This document shows positions 1-12,320 of a DNA stretch of 64,000 bases, piece after piece; position 1 is the first letter of the stretch, and every line of letters starts with the position of its first letter. A model generated the notes under the pieces. That model ran no database searches, had not been told where the DNA came from, and saw only the letters and a program-made list of their open reading frames with translations. Made by a program: the position numbers and the translations under genes. Origin of the DNA: Felis catus (Eukaryota); NCBI RefSeq assembly GCF_018350175.1, contig NC_058368.1, forward strand, positions 11,718,001 through 11,782,000, written 5' to 3'.

Positions 1-1510
1 CTTTATTTGACCTAAGATAGCTTTGATAAACTCATTTCCACAAGGCACAAATACATACGACCTAAAAGTGGAAGTCAGAAATAGCTTGAGGCTTAAGGTT
101 GTGAAATAACATGCAATCCTCCAAAGTATAATCAAACTTTAAATCTGCTAAGAGATTAAATTATAAATGAAGTCAATTACTAAGCACTAAATAAAAAACA
201 CACTCTTCAAATAAGTCAATGATAATCAAACTTTGTTCTCACAATATGATACTACCTTAAATTTCTAGGCACAGTGAGATTAACTAGTGTTCAGATTGTC
301 GGAGAATTCCCCAAACCAGTGACTCATGAATTAAACTGGGGCGGGGGGTGCTGAGAAAAGGTAAAAAACAGTGAATATAATTTGGATCCAACAATAATAG
401 AAGTATTTTTTTGTTGTTGTTTCTCTCCTCCCTCTCAGCCATTAGGCAAGTGGATATCATTTTATAATTTTTTTAGATGGGAAGAGAGTGGAAAGTGGTG
501 GAAGGGATTGAAAATAAGAGTATTGTCATGGGATGATTCAAGAACACATACCTCCAAATCAAAGGAATAGGAAGGACTCCAACTATTAAGACAAACCTAT
601 CCCTCCTTTCCTCAGCTTATTGTAAACCTGTAAACAGGCATACCTCAGAGATATTGCAGGTTCAGTTCTACACCACAATAAAGGAAGTCAAATTAATTTT
701 TTGGTTTCCCAGGGCATATAAAAGTTATTACTAAAAAAACAATACATATATATATACATATATATATACCTTAATTCAAAAATATTTTATTGCTAAAAAA
801 TGCTAACCATCATCTGAGCTTTCAGTGAGTTGTAATCTTTTTTGCTGGTGGAGGGTCTTGCCTCAATCTTGATAGCTGCTACTGATCAGGATGGTGGTGG
901 CTGAAGGCTGAGTGGCTGTGGCAATTCTCTAAAACTGGACAATTTTGTATTGTATCGACTCTTCCTTTTGTAAACAATTTCTCTGTAACGTGATGCTGTT
1001 TGATAGCATTTTACTCACAACAGAACTTCTGTGAAAATCAGATTTAATCCACTCAAAACCTGCCACTGCTTTAACAATTAAGTTTATGGAATATTCTAAA
1101 TCTTTTGTTGTCATTTCAACAATGTTCACAGCATCTTCACTAATGGACTTCATCTTAACAAACCACTTTCTTTGCTGTCCATAATAAGAAACACCTCATC
1201 TGTTAAAGTTTTATCATGAGATTGCAGCAATTCAATTACATCTTCAGGCTCCACTTCTCATTCTCTTGCTCTTTCTACCACATCTGCAGTTGACTTCTCC
1301 ACTGAAGTCTTAAATCCAAAGTTATCCATGAGGGTTGGAATCAACTTCTAAATTCCTCTTCATATAGATATTTTGACCCCATGAATCATGAATATTCTTA
1401 AGGGCATCTAGAATGGTGAATCCTTTCCAGGAGGTTTTCAATTTACTTTCAACTTACTTTGATCAAAGAATCACTATTTTTGGCAACTACAGCCTTACAA
1501 GATGTATTTC

Positions 1511-1730
1511 TTTTTTTTTTTTTTTCAACGTTTTTATTTATTTTGGGGACAGAGAGAGACAGAGCATGAACGGGGGAGGGGCAGAGAGAGAGGGAGACAC
1601 AGAATCGGAAACAGGCTCCAGGCTCTGAGCCATCAGCCCAGAGCCTGACGCGGGGCTCGAACTCACGGACCGCGAGATCGTGACTTGGCTGAAGTCGGAC
1701 GCTTAACCGACTGCGCCACCCAGGCGCCCC
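1511..1730 (-). mobile_element. Young felid CAN-SINE inside Tigger1
   Basis: Consensus-like, CpG-rich body with poly-T tail; TSD TGTATTTCTT at 1503 and 1731. Confidence 0.95.
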
Positions 1731-2938
1731 TGTATTTCTTAATAATAAGACTTGAAAGTCAAAATTACTCCTTGATTCACAGGCTGAAGGATGAATGTTG
1801 TGGTAGCAGGCATGAAAACAACATTAATCCTATTCTACATCTCCACTAAAGCTCTTGGGTAACCAGGTATACAGTCAGTGAGCAGTAATAATTTCAAAAG
1901 AATCTTTGTTTCTGAGCCATAGATCTCAACAGTGGGCTTCTAATATTCAGTAAACCATGTTGTAAACAAACATGCTGTCATCCATGCTGTCTGCTCAGGC
2001 AGAGTGCATTTAGCATAATTTTTAAGGGCTCTAGGATTTTGAGAATAGTAAGTGACTATTGCCTTCAACCCAGTCACCAGCTGTGTTAGCCCTTAACAAG
2101 AAAGAGTCACCTGTCTTTTGAAGCTAAGGCACTGACTTCTCCTCTCTAGCTATGAAAATCCTAGATGGCAACTTATTCCAGTAAAAGAATGTTTGTCTAC
2201 ACTGAAAATCTGTCATTTACTGTAGCCACCCACCTTCATTAATTATCTTAGCTAGATTTTCATTAATTAGCTACATCTTGCTGCAGCTTCTACACCAGCA
2301 CTTCCACTTCACCTTGTACTTTTATGTTATGGAGACAGCTTCCTTCCTTAAACTTCATGAACCAACCTCTGCTAGCTTCACACTTTTGTGTAGCTTCCTC
2401 ACCTCTCTTAGCCTTCACAGAACTGCAGAGTGAGGACTCTGGATTAGGTTTTGGCTTAAGAGAATGTTGTGGCTGGTTGGATCTATTATCCACACTACTC
2501 CAACTTTCTCCATACTAGCAAGACTATTTTGCTTTATCATTTGTGTGCTCAGTGGAGTAGCACTTTTAATTTCCTTCAAGAACAAACGTTTCCTTTGCAG
2601 TCACAATTTGGCTGCCTGTTTGGCTCAAGAGGCCTGGCTTTTGGCCCATCTTGACTTTTGGCATGCCTTCCTTACTAAGCATAATCACTCCCAGCTTATG
2701 ATTTTAAGTAAGACGTGCAACTCTCCCTTTCAGAACACTTAGAGACCACTGTAGGGTAACTCACTGGCCTAATTTCAATATTGTTGTGTCTCAGGGAATA
2801 AGTAGGCCTGAAAATAGGGAGAGAGATGGGGGAACAGCAGGCTGGTGGAGCAGTCAGAATACAATGTTTATCAATTAAGTTTCCTATCTTATATGGGCAC
2901 AGTTCGTGGTACCCCAAAACAATTATAATAGTAACATA

Positions 2939-3157
2939 TGAGTTGCCTGGGTGGCTCAGTCAATTAAGCATCTGACTTCGGCTCAGGTCATGATCTCACG
3001 GCTCATGAGCTGGAGCCCTGCATCTGGTTTTGTGCTGACAGCTCAGAGCCTGGAGCCTGCTTCCGGGTCTGTCTCTCCCTCTCTCACTCTGCCCCTCCCC
3101 CACTCACACTCTGTGTCTCTCTTTCTCCTTCAAAATTAAACATAAACAAATTTTTTT
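2939..3157 (+). mobile_element. CAN-SINE inside Tigger1
   Basis: CCTGGGTGGCTCAGTC head, CT-rich tract, A tail; TSD TAATAGTAACAT. Confidence 0.9.
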
Positions 3158-4499
3158 AATAGTAACATCAAAGATGACTAATCACAGATTACCATAACAA
3201 ATATACTAAAAATAAAAAAGTTTGAAATATTCTCAGAATTGCTAAGTGACATAAGGACATTCAGTGAACAAATGCTTTTGGAAGAATGGAGCAAAAGTCT
3301 TTCTTGACACAGGGTTACTGCAAACCTTCAATTTGTAAAAAGTGCAGTATCTATGAAGCACAATAAAACAAGGTATGCTTGTACATTTTATAATAAAAAT
3401 AAAAGTGCAGATATAAAAATAAAATTTAAACGCGCATTTCCAATTATAGAAATTATAGTTCAAATTACTTCAAACAAAGCAAATGAAATTAAATGGTTAG
3501 TTATTTGTGAGGCTGGAGTTGGATATCTTTTTTAAGTCACCATGATTTTTCCAAAATATACTATCTAACATAATTGGCATCCTATTTGTTTATACAGACA
3601 ACCCAGAATATAAAAGTGCTACAATATTAGCATTCCAAACCAAAGCTCAATCATCTAAAAATAATTTTGACCATAATCATATCAAATTATTTTCAACAGT
3701 ATCAGAAAACTGATACCACCTTTCTTAGACATCCTGTTTCATTTTTTCCATTGTTTTATTAGCACTGATCTTTCAGATATTAATAATACCATACTACAAA
3801 CGTATAATAGCTTTTGTACCCAAGAAATGTTTTAACCACAAAAAAAGGTAGGTGGCGGGGTGTGGAGAGGGGAGGAGATAGCAAATCAACTTACACCATT
3901 AAACCAAGTAAACATCAAACATGAATAAACCTCTATGAAGAACATCTTAAATATATAAATCATAATTACAGCAAATAATTTTAGCTTGGAGAGAGACTTT
4001 TTCCTCCCAGACTGTTCATGCAGCTTTTAAAAATTCCCTGAATTACCTCAAACTGTGAAGCTTTATTTTGGGGACTTATATAAAAAATTACCTATAATCT
4101 ATTTGGATATATTTGATGCCATATCAACCATCTGAACCAAAAATAAGTTACTTAAAAATATTAACATTTTCAAAATTCTTATGGTCAGATTCTATTAGAA
4201 CTTTCACACATTAAGTAAGGTGTTAAAATGAATCCTCCAAATGTCAAAACTTAGAACTCTGAAAAATCAAGTATCTAATAAAAAAAATCAGGTATGAACT
4301 CACTGGCTACTTGATTTGTATTTTCCAGAATATCTATCTTTTTGAAAACTTACTATGTGACAAGCATTTTATGTATATCTATCACCCCATTTAACTCTCC
4401 TGACAACTTTGCCAATTTGATATTAAATAAATCCAGAAAAAAAAATGACTTCAGAAATCAGGCTCCTGGAGTTACACAGCAGTGTCAGAGACAAAACCA

Positions 4500-5033
4500 A
4501 TGGCTTACAATGAGGCCTGCTTCCTGGTATTCACCCCCTCCTATAATCCCTTCCCCTTTAGTGTGGGTGGGAGTCAGTGACTACAGCTTCTAACACAATA
4601 TGGCAAGGTTGATGTAATGTCCCTTCTGAGATTAGATTATAGAAAAAAGTGACTTATGTTTTAGGCTCAAAGCTGGCTCCCCTTCTCTTATCAGAGCTGT
4701 GAATGGAGAGCATCCCAAGGAGAAAAGAACCAAGGGAGGTCTCCAGCCTATAGCCAGCAACTAAATGAAGCCTTCAACCCAACAGCTCACAAGGAACTAA
4801 GCCTTGTCAACAACCTCAGTAGAGATCTTCCAAGCAGATCCACCCCAACCTTCAGATCAGAACAGAACCCTAGCCAACACTTTAATCAATAGCATTGTTA
4901 AAGACCTTGGACCCAGAGGCACCCAGATAACTGCACCCAGACCCCTGTCCTTCAGAAACTGTGAGATGATAAATGTTTGTTGCTTTAACTGTTTTTAATA
5001 AGGTAATTTGTTACACAGCCACAGATAACTAGC
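4500..5033 (+). mobile_element. MLT1 (ERVL-MaLR) solo LTR remnant
   Basis: Typical MLT1 3' end: AGAAACTGTGAGATGATAAATGTTTGTTGCTTTAA...TTGTTACACAGC...GATAACT. Confidence 0.7.
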
Positions 5034-5360
5034 AGTCTGTGCTTATAATTCTTCACTTAAGTAAGGAACAAGTGAATCCCGTTCCTTAACTGTTTTGGGA
5101 ACCCTAATGGCCTATTATGAGTTAATTTTCATAATTTATTTTTAAATTTTCTAATAACTATACATTATTTTCTCTAATAATCCATGTGCATTTACGACCA
5201 GAAGTGATTTTTCCAAAAAAAAATCTGAGTAGAACTGACATTTCATGAATGCTTTATCTCCTTATTTACTGAGTGGCCCTGCATACCCTTATCCCCAAAC
5301 CACTTCACTGGGGCACTTCACTCTCTAAATACTCTTTCAATTAAGAATAGGTATCTACTA

Positions 5361-5884
5361 GGGGCACCTGGGTAGCTCAGTTGGTTAGGCGTCCGACTTC
5401 TGCTCAGGTCATGATCTCACGGTTTGTGAGTTCAAGCCCCGCATGGAGCTCTGTGCTGACAGCTCAGAGCCTGGAGCCTGCTTCGAATTCTGTGTCTCCT
5501 CTCTCTGCCCTGCTCACGCTCTCTCTCTCTCTCTCTCTCTCCCAAAAATAAACCTCAAAAAAAATTTTTTTTCTTTTAAAAAAACAGATACCTACATAAG
5601 GAAAGGTCAATCTTTTCCTCTGGAATTTAAACTGAGATCTCCTCCAAAAGCAGGGAGGAAGAAAAAAAAATCTCTTCCCATTTCTCTTTAAACTGCAATT
5701 TCTTGGGGCACCTGAGTGGCTCACCTGATTAAGCTTAAGCGTCGGACTCTTGATTTCATCTCAGGTAATGATCTCACAGTTCCCATAGGATTGAGTCCTG
5801 CATTGGGCTCCATGCTGACAGCAGGGAGCCTGCTAGGGATTCATTTTCTCTCTCCCTCCCTCCCTCCCTCCCTCCCTCCCTCTT

Positions 5885-5944
<60 letters not shown>

Positions 5945-6006
5945 ATTCCCCCACTCACCCACACTCTCTCTCTCTCAAAATAAATAAAAAAACTTAAAAA
6001 AAAAAA
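5361..6006 (+). mobile_element. Two CAN-SINEs (about 5361-5580 and 5706-6006); the second has an expanded (CCCT)n/(CT)n tract
   Basis: GGGGCACCTG heads, CT tracts, AATAAA-A tails. Confidence 0.9.
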
Positions 6007-6009
6007 CCT

Positions 6010-6290
6010 ACAATTCCTTATGGCTGCTATAACAAATTACCACAAACGTGGTGGCTTAAAACAGCATGTATTATATTATAGTTCTGAAGGTCAAAAGCCT
6101 GAATTCAGCTCCACTGTGCTAAAATCAAAATGTGGGTAGGCTGGCATTCCTCCTGGAGACTCCTTAGGAGAATCTGTATCCTCACCAAATTTTCCAGCTT
6201 CTAAAGGCCACCTCCATATGGTCCCTTCCTCCATCTTCAAAACCAGCAGTGTAACATCTTTCCTCCTCTCTGAAAGTGCTTCAGTATTTA
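6010..6290 (-). mobile_element. MLT1 LTR fragment
   Basis: GCTGCTATAACAAATTACCACAAAC...GGCTTAAAACAG is the reverse of an MLT1 3' end. Confidence 0.7.
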
Positions 6291-7057
6291 TCTCTTATCA
6301 ACTCCCAACATTTTGCTAATATAATAATGAAATTAGTTGCCCATTTCTGAAAATACATTCACTGTCATTAGTGAAACCAGTAGAGTAGAAGAAATGCATA
6401 TTACCTAAAATATCTTAGGTTCAACTTTTCTCCCTTGTATGAACAGGGTCTATAGTCCACACCCCTAGGAATGACACCCAAAGCTTGATCCCTAAATGGT
6501 CCTGTGTCCAATCCCTGACTCCAGAGGATTCTGTTTGGCTGATGGCAATTACAATGGTAACAAATTCCACATCTAGAAATTGTTGAATTCTGCCTGAAAT
6601 AAACCTTTAATCAAAGCACCGAAAGTTTTCCTAAAAGAACAAAGAGCTAGCACTTCCACATACCTACAAAGGGGTATGAACTGTTTTACACTAGCTTATT
6701 CATAAATATTTAAACTCTGTAATTGTGTTAGAACTTAATCTAAAACTTATTTCATTAAAATCTGTTAGCAAAGTTGTGGGTAAACAATTAGGTAAAAAAT
6801 TTGGTAAAGAAATACTACATGAGTTCAGAAGGATAACTGAGAGCTGAGATGACAAACCAAAACCTCAAAAGGCAGAGGCATTCAAAAGAACCTTTGAATA
6901 AATACTGACAACAATGAATGGACAGGTATTCTGTCTCCTGCTATAGAGGGCAGGTGCTAACCCAACTACAGAAGGACATGAAGATGGGAGAGGTGGGCAA
7001 GGACTAAATGAAGGAAGAAGGGGACTTGAATACCTTTCTTTCTTCAAAGCCCATTTT

Positions 7058-7543
7058 GGGGGCACCTAGGTGGCTCAGTCGGTTAAGCATCTGACTTCAG
7101 CTCTGGTCATTATCTTGTGGTTCGGTGCATGAGTTCAAGTCCTGCACCGGGCTCTCTGCTGTCAGCACAGAGCCCGCTTTGGATCCTCTGTCCCCTTTTC
7201 TCTCTGCCCCTCTCCCACTCACTCACTCTGTCTCTCTCTCAAAAATAAATAAAAACATTAAAAAAAAAAAAAAGTGGTGACCTAGGGGCTCCTGGGTGTC
7301 TCAGTCGGTTAAGTGTCCCATTCAGCTCAGGTCATGATCTCGCAGTTTGTGAGTTCAAACTCCCGCATCGGGCTCGGTGCTGACAGCTCAGAGCCCCAAG
7401 CCTGCTTCAGATTCTGTGTCTCCCTCTCTCTCTTTGCCCTGCTTGTGCTCTCTCTCTCTCAAAATAAATAAAAACATTAAATTAAAAAAATTAAAAGAAA
7501 ATAAGTAAATAAACACACATTTATAAAAAAAAAAAAAAAAAAA
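7058..7543 (+). mobile_element. Two adjacent CAN-SINEs (7058-7273, 7285-7543)
   Basis: SINE heads and tails; the second is flanked by TSD GTGGTGACCTA. Confidence 0.9.
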
Positions 7544-9195
7544 GGTGGTGACCTAAACAGATACATTTGCTTCTTTTAAAGAAGCTTTTTAAAGTCAGGA
7601 GTCAGGTATCGGGCCCTGCATGCAATAGATATTAAAGTGAAGGAGCAGAGAAGAAACACACTATCATTTATATCCATAGTTTGATCTTGTCCCAGGTTTT
7701 GTAACTTCTCCCCAGCCCTTTAACCTGAACCTATTCTCTTAAGCCTCTGCTCCTTCTATGAAATGAAAATAACACAACCAATCTTACAAGATTTTTATAT
7801 GTGAAAGTACTCTGTAAATTGTAAATCATGACACAAATGGTAGTTACTACTATAACATCCACTCCTATACACCTAATTCCTCAAATATGCATATTATATA
7901 TAATCACCTCTATCATTTCCAACTATAATTATTCCTCCTTGAAATTCTATCACATACCTTATTCACCTTCGGTTTCAACATACTCCAATGTTATCTCAAA
8001 TCTCATCTTTCCTTAAATTTATTCTATACCCATGCATAGTCAGGTGACCCTAGCTAGGAGATCCCTTCATACAATTTCCAAATTGCAACTGTTTCTTTCT
8101 TCTGGTCTTATGTTCTAAATCTAGGAGACTGCCCATGTTCGTGAGACTTCACCCTTAATTTCTGTACTTTCTAAAGAGTTGAAATCTCATCTTCTCTACA
8201 AAATCTTCATTAAAATAAAAGGAATCAAAATGCAAAGACCTAAATTTAAATTCATTTACAAAGATCACAGCTTACGATCTAGCTTAAAATAAATGTCTGT
8301 ACCATAAGTTTAATCTTTAATTTCTTGCTTCTGAAGAAACTTCTATTCAGACTGTTTTGCAAGAAAATACAAAACATTTATATAATGATTCTTTGGACTT
8401 CTTTATCCTCACCACCAAGACATCAAGTTTTCTTTTTCTCCTTACCTAGCATATATCTTGAATCATCCTACAAAAACTGCAAAGAATTTGTATTGTTTTT
8501 CTTTGTGTTATTTTTCACAACTGCTTTCATTTCACAAATGAAATCAAATGCATCAATATTCTTTTTTTAAAAATGTAAACAAAAACAAGAATTTGAAACA
8601 TTTTGTCATTCAATAATATATCACCAGCTGTAACTCCATTTTACTCAGGTACTGCTCACCTCAGACTCCTTAAACGTAAAGAAATCAAAAGGTTCACTCT
8701 GTCAATCAACGATATGAACGCAGCACAGTGCTTAAAACACACCCACACCTTCTTTCCTTGGGTTATCTCATTTACTTCTCACAACTATTTCAGGAAAATA
8801 AGTATTACTCATTCTATTAACAAATAGCAAAACTTGTCCAAGGCCATAAAGTTTGAAAAAACGAAATCAAAAGCCTGAGTCCAGCTCTTCTTGAATCTGA
8901 CTTAAAAAGGGAAGGCTAATACAGTTCTCAAATAGCATTTACTTACATCACTGTCATAATTATACAATGGTGTATCTATTTTTAAAACCCTCAGCAGAAT
9001 CTTTACATGCCAATTCTCCTTTACTCCATCAGGAAACATCCTTTTAAATATTTACACCATCAGATACCATGCTCAAGTGTAACAAATTAAAATTTTTCTG
9101 CTAGAAACATGAAAGCATTTGTCGTTGATTACAACTATCATCTATGATTTTTAAGTAATGAATTACCAAGTATTTACTTGGTATCCTTTACTCAC

Positions 9196-10454
9196 CGAGA
9201 CAACGTTGTTTTCCCAGAACCAGGCAACCCTCTTAAAAGAATAAGCAGTTTCTGCAATTTATTTAACTTTTCCTCTTGAAACTGCTGGTTCATAAGCCTG
9301 TGTGTTCCATGATGGTTGTCCATAGAAGTATCCTTCCAACATCCTTCACTGGTTTCATAGAAACCATTACTCACATATCCATCTTGCACACTGTAGCCAT
9401 TTGTAGAGGAATGATCTCTACTGGTGTTCTCACTACAATCAATATAGTCATTGTTCTGATCAAAAGTCAAACAGTTCCAGTTAACGTGACAACCATTTAC
9501 ATAATACCCATTTTGAAACTGAGAACCATCTTGGGCATGGAAAATATTTGATGGTGGATTTGGCGGAGCATCGAATCTTTGAATATTTAAATGATAGTTA
9601 AAACTGGGAAGAGGAGGACCGGGGGGTACTATAAAAGAATGTACTGACTGCCATTCAGGCCTGAAGGAAGTAAACGAATCATCACAAAATGCAGGTATTA
9701 CTTGTCCATTACAAGGATATTTGCCTGGCTCGTTTCCCACGTGCTGTGGATAACCACAATGTGACTGAAGAACATTACTAATATCTCTTTTCTTTCCTTC
9801 TTCAGATTTTAACAGACCATTATTATGGCCCTGATGACAGGCAGTAACTTGTTCCTCAGAGGGTTCAGGTTCTTTACAACTTCCTTCCAAATCATCTTTT
9901 TCATTTTCGAGCTCTTCAATTTCTTTGTAAAACTGGAATAATTCATCGTCAAGCTCTGATTCTTTGGAGTTAAATTTCTGTTTCGTGTCTCGTCCTTTGT
10001 CAGCTATACCATTGATAGTGCCTGACTGATTCCTCCCTTCATTACATTTCCTCTTCTCAGGCGGTTTGTAAATGGGTCCTATAAATGCTTTACTTGTGCT
10101 ATATATCTCATCATCTGTGGATACCAATGGAGGACCTGTATCCCGTAAAATCTGTGCATCAATGGATTCGATAACATCTGATCTATTATTACCAGGCACC
10201 TCATCACGCACAGGTTTCGGCGAGTCTGTAGCTTTGACTTTGTCCTCCTGAGGATAACTATGTCCTCTGACGTCAACAACGGTCACAGGAACCCAATCAT
10301 TCCCAGTTTTCTCTTGGATTCTGTGAAAATCAGCACTACCATGGTGGGAAAAAACATAAGCCTCTTCAGTTGACTTCAATTTTTTATAGCATGGTTCACT
10401 TGTTAGTTCTTCACCATGATCCAAGGATTTTGCTTCAATTTCACCATAAGGCAT
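9196..10454 (-). CDS. N4BP2L2: N4BP2L2 (NEDD4-binding protein 2-like 2) first coding exon, 1259 nt; CDS continues beyond the left edge of the window
   Basis: Translation MPYGEIEAK...FHRIQEKTGNDWVPV...LQKLLILLRGLPGSGKTTLSR matches the recalled N4BP2L2 N-terminus, ending in a P-loop (GxxGxGKT). Acceptor TTGTTCCCCAG lies immediately before the ATG. Donor CG|GTGAGT at 9196/9195 (phase 2). Synteny with PDS5B. Confidence 0.96.
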
Positions 10455-11299
10455 CTGGGGAACAAATAAATCACATAATTATTAGCTAATATTTTAAAAA
10501 TCTAAACAAAAGTTTTTCAGAAACACGAAAACAGAAAAGACATTTGAATGTGTGATATACACAAATAATGGTAACATTTTCCCAAAATACAAAACTTACA
10601 AACTTGTAATTTTATAACTACTTACTATTTAAGTATTGTTATAATGATGGGGGGGGGTGAGTCTCACTGAAGGTAAGTAAGTTATCTTTTTTTTAAAAAA
10701 AGGTATATCTCACCTTTGATGGAAATGATGCATTTCTGAACTTAAAGAACTTAAGTTTGGAAAATTAAATCAGTAATATATATTTGATGATATACACAAT
10801 TGTGTACTAAGATGGAGAGTAAATCTGCCAGCCAAACTGACACATTTCCAAAATGGTGTGATAAATGGCATTTTAAACCCTTACTGTTTAAAATCACTAC
10901 ATCTTGGGGAGTAAATGGATCCAGCTCTCAAACCTCAGCGTCTCCTTAGCAATCAAATGTTAGGTTACCTGAAATGCCAGACTTTACAGACCCTACTCCT
11001 GTTAGTGTAAAAGTGGTTTCCAACCGGCTGTACTGCATTAATTTAAAAGAAAAATAAATAAGCAAACTTCAGTTGCACTAAGAGTGACTCAAACATGTCA
11101 CATTACGTTTAGAAATCTGGCAACTCCCCAAATCAGAGTGCTGATCTTTTCCACATGCTTGGTCAATCTCAAAGATAAATTCTGCTTCCCCTGAAATTAC
11201 TTAGGGACCCTCAAAAGTGCGATCCCAAAGCCCGTTTTACATACTTCTTCATTCTGCTCTCTCTCTGGTGTTCCTCTAACAGAGAGGAAAAGGGGCAAA

Positions 11300-12320
11300 A
11301 AAGACGAACTAAACGACACAGGTAGGCCTACAGAGACTGAAGATGATACAACTGCAAAGAACGCCGTCCTTTTGGAAACGGCCCCCCTTCCAAGCGCCTC
11401 CGGCCATCTCTCCGCTTCTCATTTCCTCCTTCGAAATATCATAAAAGTCTCGAAGAACAACAAGCGGTTGCATTAACACGGCGTGGCCTATACACAACCT
11501 GAGTCCCATGGCCTCCTGACCTCTAAAGAGGGCAGCCCGGGCAAAAGTGCGTCAGCCGGGGTCTTTGTCCCAATGGAGGCTGTTCGGGTTGTCAGAAATT
11601 CAAGAGATCTCCGAGACTCAAAGGTCCACTCCGGGCTAATCAAAAGGGTCCGGCCAAGAGCAGACGAGAGCCCAAAAAAAAAAAAAAAAAAAAAAGACAA
11701 ACGTCACCGTCACTACCCCACCCTTACTTAAAATGGGGTGTTTACTCACCTTACACTACAGCTCTGCATTGACTTTTACCTCCCAATAAAATCCTCGTCT
11801 AGAAAGACACGAACATCTGAAAAGGTAAAAGCAACGCGCAAACACCGCCCCAAAGCAGAGAGGAACTAAACCCCAAGCCCTCAGCATCTGGGCAAGCTGC
11901 ACCGCCGTACGCAAGATGGCGGCCACCGCGCTGTTACCCCGGCAGGAATTACGGATTTGCGCTCGGCATTGTGGGAACTGAAGTCCAGCGTTCGCACCGG
12001 GCCTGGTAGACTCAGAGCTCGGAGACTTGGTCTCCCAGAATTCATTGCGTGAGAGACGCACTAGCTGTGACAAACGTAAACCCTAACTAGTTCCCAGATC
12101 TGGAGCGGGGAAGTGGTTTAGAACTGTCAACTTGGGCTGAAAACGGCAGTGACCCTACTCTGGGATTCATCCGTAAAGGAAAAGAGAACGTGAGTGCCTG
12201 GCATCCCAGATACATAAGCCGCTCTCAGCGCGATGCTTTTGAGACTTTCTAGGAGACCATCAATCAGGCTTTTCAAAGGGGCCTCAACCTTTGTTACCGC
12301 CAAGCAGGGTTGCCGGCATT
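11300..12320 (-). promoter_or_regulatory. N4BP2L2 CpG-enriched promoter with YY1 and ZNF143/THAP11-type motifs
   Basis: CAAGATGGCGGC (YY1 consensus) at 11912-11923. ACTTCAGTTCCCACAATGC on the minus strand at 11966-11984, plus related TCCCAGA motifs near 12025-12043 and 12085-12100. ETS-like GGAAGTG at about 12109. Confidence 0.8.
11750..11960 (-). other. N4BP2L2: N4BP2L2 non-coding exon 1 (5' boundary/TSS approximate)
   Basis: Strong donor AAG|GTGAGT at 11750/11749 inside a CpG-enriched region 1.3 kb upstream of the coding exon. Confidence 0.75.

Larger units (their letters stand above)
635..3381 (-). mobile_element. Near full-length Tigger1 (TcMar-Tigger) DNA transposon fossil, interrupted by two SINEs
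   Basis: TIRs CAGGCATACCTC at 635 and AGGTATGCTTG ending at 3381, followed by TA. Minus-strand ORF pieces read as Tigger/CENP-B-like transposase: 2290-2493 ([11 protein letters not shown]...HNIKVQGE) and 929-1153 ([16 protein letters not shown]). Many stops and frameshifts. Confidence 0.92.

Noticed and set aside
1..9190. Further N4BP2L2 coding exons
   Set aside because: No sequence continuing the P-loop domain was found; the next exon is presumably left of the window
9192..9195. Stop codon ending the 420-aa ORF
   Set aside because: The TGA is part of the splice donor GTGAGT; the P-loop domain has only just begun, so this is not the normal protein end
11756..12073. 105-aa minus-strand ORF over the N4BP2L2 promoter
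   Set aside because: Non-ATG start, probably upstream of the TSS, no recognisable similarity
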